Source: Escherichia coli (GTDB lineage: Bacteria > Pseudomonadota > Gammaproteobacteria > Enterobacterales > Enterobacteriaceae). Taken from it: 64,000 nt of DNA. Positions 53,826 to 64,000 of this stretch are shown piece by piece. A program made the translations under genes and the position numbers. The stretch lies in assembly GCF_003019035.1 (NCBI RefSeq), contig NZ_CP027447.1. One strand, written 5' to 3'. A model generated the notes under the pieces. The model made no database searches. It had not been told where the DNA came from and worked only from the letters and a program-made list of their open reading frames with translations. The number at the start of each line of letters is the position of its first letter. Within the stretch, counting starts at the first letter, position 1.

Positions 53826-54637
53826 ATCTTGGCAGTTGAAGGTGCCGTTCGTCCGAGCGGCACCACGAGCGGAGTTCCGGCTACCGGATCGTCAATAATC
53901 ATGCAGCGCAGACCATAAATGCGCTCGATCAATTCAGCAGTGACAATCTCCTTCGGCGCTCCCTGAGCAACAATTTTCCCTTCCCGCAATGCAATCAAAT
54001 GGCTGGCGTAACGACAGGCCTGATTAAGATCGTGCAGCACCGCCGCCAGGGTATAGCCTTTCTCGCGGTTCAGTTCGCTTAACAGTTCCAGCAAATCAAT
54101 CTGATGACTGATATCCAGCCAGGTCGTGGGTTCATCGAGCAGCATAATCGCCGTTTCCTGGGCCAGCACCATCGCGATCCACGCTCGCTGGCGTTGTCCG
54201 CCAGAAAGGGTATCCACGCTTTGATCTGCCAGATGGGTGATTCCCGTGGCCTGCATCGCTTTTGTGACTGCCTCTTCATCTTCTTTCCGCCAGCGGGTAA
54301 ACAGCGGTTGATGCGGATAACGCCCACGCGCCACCAGCTCCTGCACGGTGATATCGCCCGGCGTGGTAGCATTTTGCGCCAACAGACCAATCCGCCGGGC
54401 AACTTCTTTACTGGCGTAATGTTGAATGTGCTCGCCATCCAGCCAGACATGCCCGTGAGCAGGCGTCATCAGGCGGCTTAAAGTACGCAGTAAAGTGGAT
54501 TTACCGCAGCCATTTGGCCCGATAATTGCCGTGAAGTGACCATCAGGTATTTCTACAGTCAGATTCTCCGCAACGGTATATTTGCCATATCCGAGGGTTA
54601 ACTGTTCGCCACGCAAACGGGCTACTGATTCGGTCAT
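53822..54637 (-). CDS. fepC: ferric enterobactin ABC transporter ATP-binding protein FepC
   Basis: 271-aa product MTESVARLRGEQLTLGYG... with Walker A GPNGCGKST and ABC signature LSGGQRQR. Confidence 0.93.
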   Translation of the reverse strand: MTESVARLRGEQLTLGYGKYTVAENLTVEIPDGHFTAIIGPNGCGKSTLLRTLSRLMTPAHGHVWLDGEHIQHYASKEVARRIGLLAQNATTPGDITVQELVARGRYPHQPLFTRWRKEDEEAVTKAMQATGITHLADQSVDTLSGGQRQRAWIAMVLAQETAIMLLDEPTTWLDISHQIDLLELLSELNREKGYTLAAVLHDLNQACRYASHLIALREGKIVAQGAPKEIVTAELIERIYGLRCMIIDDPVAGTPLVVPLGRTAPSTAKI

Positions 54638-55626
54638 TTTTTGCGAGACTCCTGAATTAACAAGACGATAAGGTAAATACCGCCGAGGCTGACGGTAACG
54701 ACGCCAACCGGAAGTTGATACGGCATAAACAGTTGTTGGGCGCAGAGATCGGCCGCCAGTAATAACAACGCCCCGCACAGCGCCGCCTGGGTCAGCCCCC
54801 AGCGAGCGGTGCCGCTAATGCGGCGGGCAATGTGTGGCGCGACTAAAGCAATAAAGGAAATCGGCCCCGCCAGGGCAGTGGCAGCTGCGGTAAGCACTAC
54901 GGCGACCAGCATCATTAACAGCCGCGAACGTTCGACGCTGACGCCCAGCGCACATGCGGTATCATCGCCCATTTCCAGCAAGCGCATTCGCCGCACCAGC
55001 AAGGCGGCGGCAATGAGCATCAATATAATGATGGGTGCGGAAGGCGAGGTTTTTGCCCACGTCAGGCCGTTGAGCGATCCGGCATTCCACAAACCCGCTG
55101 TTAGCGCCGTTTCTAAAGACGCTTTCAGCAACAGCCAGGTATTAAAGGCCACCAGCATGGCGCGAACACCGATACCGATAATAATCAACCGAAAGGTGTC
55201 GATACCGTTACGCCAGGCGAGCAGCCAGACCAGCAGCGAGGTGACAATACCCCCCGCCATTGCTGCCAGCGCGATAGCCGTCAGATCCTGACCAAACAGC
55301 ACCATCGCCACCAGTACGCCGCTCCACGCCCCGGTGTTAAAGCCCATTACGTCAGGGCTGCCGAGCGGGTTACGCATCAGCGACTGAAAAATCGCGCCGC
55401 TGACGCCCAGTGCCGCGCCAATCAACAGCGCCATCAGCACGCGTGGTAAACGCCATTCGGTGACCACCTTCGTCATACTGCGCGGCGCATCGCCCATCAG
55501 AGCGGCGAATACCTGCGAGGTTTCCAGCGTGACGGCACCGCTACGTAATCCCCAGATACCTGCAACCACACAGGCGGAAATCAGCAGCAAACAGGTGATG
55601 AGTAATCGGCGAGAGACGTAAATCAT
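54634..55626 (-). CDS. fepG: ferric enterobactin ABC transporter permease FepG
   Basis: 330-aa polytopic membrane ORF, FecCD family. Confidence 0.93.
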   Translation of the reverse strand: MIYVSRRLLITCLLLISACVVAGIWGLRSGAVTLETSQVFAALMGDAPRSMTKVVTEWRLPRVLMALLIGAALGVSGAIFQSLMRNPLGSPDVMGFNTGAWSGVLVAMVLFGQDLTAIALAAMAGGIVTSLLVWLLAWRNGIDTFRLIIIGIGVRAMLVAFNTWLLLKASLETALTAGLWNAGSLNGLTWAKTSPSAPIIILMLIAAALLVRRMRLLEMGDDTACALGVSVERSRLLMMLVAVVLTAAATALAGPISFIALVAPHIARRISGTARWGLTQAALCGALLLLAADLCAQQLFMPYQLPVGVVTVSLGGIYLIVLLIQESRKK

Positions 55627-56627
55627 GCACCACCTCGCGTTTTACGTCGCACGAGGAAGATCAGCACCGGTGCACCAATAAACGCACTGACCACAGAAAC
55701 GCGCAGCTCGCCGGGCACAATCACCCGCCCGATGATATCGGCAAACAGCAGCAGGGCAGGGGTAGCAAGTAGCGTGACGGGCAGCGACCAGCGATGATCG
55801 GCACCCACCAGCCAGCGCGCCATATGCGGCATCATCAGGCCAATAAAGGCAATCGGGCCAACTACCGCCGTCGCACTACCACAAAGCACGGTAATCGCCA
55901 GCAGGCCAATTAACTGCGTCCGTGCCACGCGACTACCCAGCGCCGTCGCGGTGTCGCTGCCGAGGCTTAAACTATTCAGCGCGCGGCTCAGTAATAGCGC
56001 GGTTGCTCCGGCGATCAGCACTGGGATCAGCACCACTTTTAAGGTGTGCAGATTACGAATATCCAGCGAACCGGCTTGCCAGAAACGCAACTGATCGTAG
56101 ACGTCAGGGTTGAGCAGGGCGATGCCGCTGGTCAGCCCTTCAAGCACCGCCGCCAGCGCCACGCCCGCCAGGGTTAAACGCACCGGACTTAACTGCCCGC
56201 CGCCCTGGCTGCCGGTAAAGGCAACAATCAACGAGGCCACCAGCGCCCCGGCGAAGGCCATCGCCAGTTGTTCCTGCGCGGATGAGTAACCAAACAGCGC
56301 AGCACCCAGCACAATGGCAAAGCTGGCTCCGGCGTTCACACCAAGCAAGCCGGGGTCGGCAAGTGGGTTTCGGGTGAGGGTTTGCATCAACGCCCCGGCA
56401 AGGCCAAGCGCACCGCCGGCCAGTAAACCGGCAAGGGTGCGCGGCAGTCGCGCGTCGAGCACGATGGTGCAGTCGGCGCTCTGGCAGGTGCCGGAGAGGG
56501 CCTCCAGCACTACGGAAGCGGGGAGTGATTTTGCCCCAATGAGCAGGCTTAATGCCGTCGCGATAATCAGTAATAACAGCAATCCGGGCACGGCAATGGC
56601 GCGTGTCACGGCAACAGAACCAGACAT
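55623..56627 (-). CDS. fepD: ferric enterobactin ABC transporter permease FepD
   Basis: 334-aa product from MSGSVAVTRAIAVPGLLLL... Confidence 0.92.
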   Translation of the reverse strand: MSGSVAVTRAIAVPGLLLLLIIATALSLLIGAKSLPASVVLEALSGTCQSADCTIVLDARLPRTLAGLLAGGALGLAGALMQTLTRNPLADPGLLGVNAGASFAIVLGAALFGYSSAQEQLAMAFAGALVASLIVAFTGSQGGGQLSPVRLTLAGVALAAVLEGLTSGIALLNPDVYDQLRFWQAGSLDIRNLHTLKVVLIPVLIAGATALLLSRALNSLSLGSDTATALGSRVARTQLIGLLAITVLCGSATAVVGPIAFIGLMMPHMARWLVGADHRWSLPVTLLATPALLLFADIIGRVIVPGELRVSVVSAFIGAPVLIFLVRRKTRGGA

Positions 56628-56639
56628 ACGAACTTCCAT

Positions 56640-56665
56640 GATAATGAAATTAATTATCGTTATCG
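56640..56665. promoter_or_regulatory. Fur-box-like operator in the fepD-entS divergent region
   Basis: gataatgaaattaattatcgttatc resembles the Fur consensus. Confidence 0.5.
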
Positions 56666-56737
56666 ATCTTATTTGGATATGTTAGCATGTGCAGCCCAAG
56701 AATAGGTATTTAAAATATTTGATGGCAAGGCATTGTA

Positions 56738-57988
56738 ATGAATAAACAATCCTGGCTGCTTAACCTCAGCCTGTTGAAAACGCACCCGGCGTTTCGCGCA
56801 GTATTCCTCGCTCGTTTTATCTCAATTGTGTCTCTGGGCTTGCTCGGCGTCGCGGTGCCGGTGCAGATCCAGATGATGACGCATTCTACCTGGCAGGTGG
56901 GGCTTTCGGTGACGCTGACCGGCGGCGCGATGTTTGTTGGCCTGATGGTCGGCGGTGTGCTGGCGGATCGCTATGAACGCAAAAAAGTGATTTTGCTGGC
57001 GCGCGGCACCTGTGGCATTGGCTTCATTGGACTGTGCCTGAACGCGCTGCTGCCGGAGCCGTCATTGCTGGCAATCTATTTACTTGGTTTATGGGATGGT
57101 TTTTTCGCATCGCTTGGCGTTACGGCGCTACTGGCGGCGACACCTGCACTGGTAGGGCGTGAAAACTTAATGCAGGCCGGGGCGATCACCATGTTGACCG
57201 TGCGTCTGGGATCGGTGATTTCGCCCATGATTGGCGGTTTATTGCTGGCGACCGGAGGCGTAGCCTGGAACTACGGACTGGCGGCGGCGGGCACGTTTAT
57301 TACCTTGCTACCGTTGTTAAGCCTTCCGGCGTTGCCACCACCGCCGCAGCCGCGTGAGCATCCGTTGAAATCATTACTGGCAGGATTTCGTTTTCTACTC
57401 GCCAGCCCGCTGGTGGGAGGGATTGCGTTGCTGGGTGGTTTATTGACGATGGCGAGCGCGGTGCGGGTCCTGTATCCGGCGATGGCTGACAACTGGCAGA
57501 TGTCGGCGGCACAGATTGGTTTTCTCTATGCGGCGATTCCGCTCGGCGCGGCTATTGGCGCGTTAACCAGCGGGAAGCTGGCACATAGCGCGCGACCAGG
57601 GTTATTGATGCTGCTCTCCACGCTGGGATCGTTCCTCGCCATTGGTCTGTTTGGCCTGATGCCGATGTGGATTTTAGGCGTGGTTTGTCTGGCGCTGTTC
57701 GGCTGGCTGAGCGCGGTCAGCTCACTGCTGCAATATACAATGCTGCAAACGCAAACCCCGGAAGCGATGTTAGGGCGGATTAACGGTTTGTGGACGGCGC
57801 AAAACGTGACGGGCGATGCCATAGGCGCGGCGCTGCTGGGCGGTTTGGGAGCGATGATGACACCGGTTGCTTCCGCAAGCGCGAGCGGTTTTGGTTTGTT
57901 GATTATCGGCGTGTTGTTATTGCTGGTGCTGGTGGAGTTGCGACGTTTTCGCCAGACGCCGCCGCAGATGACAGCGTCCGACAGTTAA
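56738..57988 (+). CDS. entS: enterobactin exporter EntS (MFS)
   Basis: 416-aa 12-[35 protein letters not shown]... Confidence 0.93.
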   Translation: MNKQSWLLNLSLLKTHPAFRAVFLARFISIVSLGLLGVAVPVQIQMMTHSTWQVGLSVTLTGGAMFVGLMVGGVLADRYERKKVILLARGTCGIGFIGLCLNALLPEPSLLAIYLLGLWDGFFASLGVTALLAATPALVGRENLMQAGAITMLTVRLGSVISPMIGGLLLATGGVAWNYGLAAAGTFITLLPLLSLPALPPPPQPREHPLKSLLAGFRFLLASPLVGGIALLGGLLTMASAVRVLYPAMADNWQMSAAQIGFLYAAIPLGAAIGALTSGKLAHSARPGLLMLLSTLGSFLAIGLFGLMPMWILGVVCLALFGWLSAVSSLLQYTMLQTQTPEAMLGRINGLWTAQNVTGDAIGAALLGGLGAMMTPVASASASGFGLLIIGVLLLLVLVELRRFRQTPPQMTASDS

Positions 57989-57991
57989 TGC

Positions 57992-58948
57992 TTAAAACAG
58001 CGCCTTAAGTCGTTCCAGCACTTGCATGGCGCTGTAGTAATCCAGGCGGAACGTCTCGGTTCCCAGCGCATAAACCTGCTTGTTTTGTACTGCAGGCAGG
58101 TGCGCGAGCAGTGGATTGGCATAAATCGCATCGGCATCTTTCTGATCACCAGCGAACAGGAATAGTGAATCGCCATTTAACCCTGCAGCCAGATTTTCTC
58201 CACCAAGCTGAATGATGTCATGGCGTTTGCCCTGGCTTTGGCTGGCGTTTAACCCTGCGGGCAATTTCGCCAACGTAAAGCCGAGTTGTTCCAGCATCTG
58301 CCCTTGTGCTGATTCCGGCGTCCAGAGATTGGCACTGTGTGCAGCGGCGGTATAGACAATGGCAGTGACCGGCTGCGGCGGTAATTTGATTTGCTCTTTC
58401 GCCGCCGCCAGTTGCTTATCAAACTGCGCAATCCGCTCTGCCGCTTGTTTCTCATGCCCGGTAATTTCGCCAAGCTGCGTTAACAGCGACTGCCAGCTTT
58501 TGTCGTCGTAATTGATGATTAATGTTGGGGCGATGGTAGAAAGCTGATCGTACAGCGCCAGCGCCGAATCCCCGCCGGTTGCGCTAATTAAAATCAGATC
58601 CGGCATTTGCGCGGCAACGGCTTCTGCACTCGGTTCGCCGATATAGAGCCGTTGCAGTTTGCGTTCTTTCGCCACCTTGCTCCACTGGCGTAAAAAGCCC
58701 TGGTCATCCGCGACGCGGTTATTTGGCGTGGTCGCGCCGCTGGCGATCACCGGAGCATCAATCGCCAGCAGTGAGCCGGTCAGGGTGACGCTGGTGGAAA
58801 CTATACGCTGCGGCTGGCTTTCCAGGGTATGAGTGCCACGGCTGTCAGTAATCTGACGCGGCCAGTCGGCGGCCTGAACTGCGGCTATTCCTGAAAGCAA
58901 AAGTCCTGTTAATAGAAGGGCGTTGCGGTAGAGCGGGGCGAGTCTCAC
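57992..58948 (-). CDS. fepB: periplasmic ferric enterobactin-binding protein FepB
   Basis: 318-aa ORF with signal peptide [26 protein letters not shown]. Confidence 0.93.
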   Translation of the reverse strand: MRLAPLYRNALLLTGLLLSGIAAVQAADWPRQITDSRGTHTLESQPQRIVSTSVTLTGSLLAIDAPVIASGATTPNNRVADDQGFLRQWSKVAKERKLQRLYIGEPSAEAVAAQMPDLILISATGGDSALALYDQLSTIAPTLIINYDDKSWQSLLTQLGEITGHEKQAAERIAQFDKQLAAAKEQIKLPPQPVTAIVYTAAAHSANLWTPESAQGQMLEQLGFTLAKLPAGLNASQSQGKRHDIIQLGGENLAAGLNGDSLFLFAGDQKDADAIYANPLLAHLPAVQNKQVYALGTETFRLDYYSAMQVLERLKALF

Positions 58949-59088
58949 AAGTCAGCTTCCTGTTATTAATGAAGTTAATGCTTCTCATTTTCATTGTAAC
59001 CACAAACAGATGCAACCCCGAGTTGCAGATTGCGTTATCTCAAGAGTTGACATAGTGCGCGTTTGCTTTTAGGTTAGCGACCGAAAAT

Positions 59089-59107
59089 ATAAATGATAAT
59101 CATTATT
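59089..59107. promoter_or_regulatory. Fur box in the fepB-entC divergent promoter
   Basis: ATAAATGATAATCATTATT matches 15 of 19 positions of GATAATGATAATCATTATC, about 30 bp upstream of the entC start. Confidence 0.75.
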
Positions 59108-59136
59108 AAAGCCTTTATCATTTTGTGGAGGATGAT

Positions 59137-60312
<1,176 letters not shown>

Positions 60313-60321
60313 GGAGCGAGG

Positions 60322-61932
60322 ATGAGCATTCCATTCACCCGCTGGCCGGAAGAGTTTGCCCGTCGCTATCGGGAAAAAGGCTACTGGCAGGATTTGCCGC
60401 TGACCGACATTCTGACTCGCCACGCTGCGAGTGACAGCATCGCGGTTATCGACGGCGAGCGGCAGTTGAGTTACCGGGAGCTGAATCAGGCGGCGGATAA
60501 CCTCGCCTGTAGTTTGCGCCGTCAGGGCATTAAACTTGGTGAAACCGCGCTGGTACAACTGGGTAACGTCGCTGAACTTTACATTACCTTTTTCGCGCTG
60601 CTGAAACTGGGCGTTGCGCCGGTGCTGGCGCTGTTCAGCCATCAGCGTAGTGAACTGAACGCCTATGCCAGCCAGATTGAACCGGCGTTACTGATTGCCG
60701 ATCGCCAACATGCGCTATTTAGCGGGGATGATTTCCTCAACACATTTGTTGCAGAGCATTCTTCCATTCGCGTGGTGCAGCTGCTCAACGACAGCGGTGA
60801 GCATAACTTGCAGGATGCGATTAACCATCCGGCTGAGGATTTTACTGCCACACCGTCACCTGCCGATGAAGTGGCCTATTTTCAGCTTTCCGGCGGCACC
60901 ACCGGCACTCCGAAACTGATCCCGCGCACTCACAATGACTATTACTACAGCGTACGTCGTAGCGTCGAGATTTGTCAGTTCACGCAACAGACACGCTACC
61001 TGTGCGCGATCCCGGCGGCTCATAACTACGCCATGAGTTCACCGGGATCGTTGGGGGTATTTCTCGCTGGCGGCACTGTCGTTCTGGCTGCCGATCCTAG
61101 CGCCACGCTTTGCTTCCCATTGATTGAAAAACATCAGGTGAACGTCACCGCGCTGGTGCCACCGGCAGTCAGCCTGTGGTTGCAGGCGCTGACCGAAGGT
61201 GAAAGCCGGGCGCAGCTTGCCTCGCTGAAACTGTTGCAGGTCGGCGGCGCACGTCTTTCTGCCACCCTTGCGGCGCGTATTCCCGCTGAGATTGGCTGCC
61301 AGTTGCAGCAGGTGTTTGGCATGGCGGAAGGGCTGGTGAACTACACCCGACTTGATGATAGCGCGGAGAAAATTATCCATACCCAGGGTTACCCAATGTG
61401 TCCGGACGATGAAGTGTGGGTTGCCGATGCCGAAGGAAATCCACTGCCGCAAGGGGAAGTTGGACGCCTGATGACCCGCGGTCCGTACACCTTCCGTGGC
61501 TATTACAAAAGCCCGCAGCACAATGCCAGCGCCTTTGATGCCAACGGTTTTTACTGTTCCGGCGATCTGATCTCTATTGATCCAGAGGGGTACATCACCG
61601 TGCAGGGGCGCGAGAAAGATCAGATCAACCGTGGCGGTGAGAAGATCGCTGCCGAAGAGATCGAAAACCTGCTGCTGCGCCACCCGGCGGTGATCTACGC
61701 CGCACTGGTGAGCATGGAAGATGAGCTGATGGGCGAAAAAAGCTGTGCTTATCTGGTGGTAAAAGAGCCGCTGCGCGCGGTGCAGGTGCGTCGTTTCCTG
61801 CGTGAACAGGGTATTGCCGAATTTAAATTACCGGATCGCGTGGAGTGTGTGGATTCACTTCCGCTGACGGCGGTCGGGAAAGTCGATAAAAAACAATTAC
61901 GTCAGTGGCTGGCGTCACGCGCATCAGCCTGA
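60322..61932 (+). CDS. entE: 2,3-dihydroxybenzoate-AMP ligase EntE
   Basis: 536-aa adenylate-forming enzyme with an AMP-binding-type motif. Confidence 0.95.
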   Translation: MSIPFTRWPEEFARRYREKGYWQDLPLTDILTRHAASDSIAVIDGERQLSYRELNQAADNLACSLRRQGIKLGETALVQLGNVAELYITFFALLKLGVAPVLALFSHQRSELNAYASQIEPALLIADRQHALFSGDDFLNTFVAEHSSIRVVQLLNDSGEHNLQDAINHPAEDFTATPSPADEVAYFQLSGGTTGTPKLIPRTHNDYYYSVRRSVEICQFTQQTRYLCAIPAAHNYAMSSPGSLGVFLAGGTVVLAADPSATLCFPLIEKHQVNVTALVPPAVSLWLQALTEGESRAQLASLKLLQVGGARLSATLAARIPAEIGCQLQQVFGMAEGLVNYTRLDDSAEKIIHTQGYPMCPDDEVWVADAEGNPLPQGEVGRLMTRGPYTFRGYYKSPQHNASAFDANGFYCSGDLISIDPEGYITVQGREKDQINRGGEKIAAEEIENLLLRHPAVIYAALVSMEDELMGEKSCAYLVVKEPLRAVQVRRFLREQGIAEFKLPDRVECVDSLPLTAVGKVDKKQLRQWLASRASA

Positions 61933-61945
61933 AGGAGAGAACACG

Positions 61946-62802
61946 ATGGCTATTCCAAAATTACAGGCTTACGCACTGCCGGAGTCTCACGATATTCCTA
62001 AGAATAAAGTCGACTGGGCCTTTGAACCGCAACGTGCCGCGTTGTTAATCCATGATATGCAGGACTATTTTGTCAGCTTCTGGGGTGAGAACTGCCCGAT
62101 GATGGAGCAGGTGATCGCGAATATTGCGGCACTACGCGACTACTGCAAACAGCACAATATCCCGGTTTATTACACCGCCCAGCCGAAAGAGCAGAGCGAT
62201 GAAGATCGGGCGCTGTTGAATGATATGTGGGGGCCAGGCCTGACCCGTTCGCCGGAACAGCAAAAGGTGGTGGATCGCCTGACGCCAGATGCCGACGACA
62301 CGGTGCTGGTGAAGTGGCGCTACAGCGCGTTTCATCGTTCCCCGCTGGAGCAAATGCTCAAAGAGAGTGGACGTAACCAGCTGATTATTACCGGGGTATA
62401 TGCCCACATTGGCTGTATGACCACCGCAACGGACGCATTTATGCGCGATATTAAACCGTTTATGGTGGCAGATGCGCTGGCCGATTTCAGCCGTGACGAG
62501 CATTTGATGTCGCTGAAATATGTGGCCGGACGTTCTGGTCGGGTGGTGATGACCGAAGAATTGCTGCCAGCACCTATCCCCGCCAGCAAAGCGGCGCTGC
62601 GTGAGGTGATCCTGCCGTTGCTGGACGAGTCCGATGAACCGTTCGATGACGACAACCTGATCGACTACGGTCTGGATTCGGTGCGGATGATGGCGCTGGC
62701 GGCGCGCTGGCGCAAAGTGCATGGCGATATCGACTTTGTCATGCTGGCGAAAAACCCGACCATCGACGCCTGGTGGAAGCTACTTTCCCGCGAGGTGAAA
62801 TA

Positions 62803-62803
<1 letters not shown>
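61946..62803 (+). CDS. entB: isochorismatase / aryl carrier protein EntB
   Basis: 285-aa ORF: N-terminal isochorismatase domain plus C-terminal carrier domain (GLDSVRMM). Confidence 0.95.
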
Positions 62804-63965
<1,162 letters not shown>

Positions 63966-64000
63966 ACCCGACAGAATTATATGAGATTGCAGGAAAACTC

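Overview
The window reads as an Escherichia coli-type chromosomal segment, recognised by recalled protein sequences and gene order; no search was run. The conserved backbone is lpxH-ppiB-cysS-ybcI-ybcJ-folD, the sfmACDHF fimbrial operon with fimZ, tRNA-Arg(UCU) argU, envY-ybcH-nfrA-nfrB, cusRS/cusCFBA, pheP, ybdG, nfsB, ybdF/J/K, hokE and the complete enterobactin cluster (entD, fepA, fes, ybdZ, entF, fepE, fepCGD, entS, fepB, entCEBA, entH). The main accessory feature is a roughly 10.5 kb island (about 18.86-29.25 kb, all on the minus strand) between nfrB and cusS. It reads as a type VI secretion effector cassette: vgrG, a DUF1795/Eag-type chaperone, a 1617-aa prePAAR/PAAR-Rhs protein with a low-GC C-terminal tip carrying a WHH motif (candidate HNH-type nuclease), a 4-bp-overlapping candidate immunity gene, an orphan rhs C-terminal fragment, and an H-repeat (ISAs1-family) insertion sequence that truncates the orphan tip. 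No T6SS core genes are in the window. The architecture class is known; the specific toxin/immunity pair could not be matched to a characterised family from sequence alone and is the best candidate for something new. Start codons were adjusted from the ORF track where the known N-terminus was recognised. Many long antisense ORFs inside GC-rich genes were rejected as artefacts.
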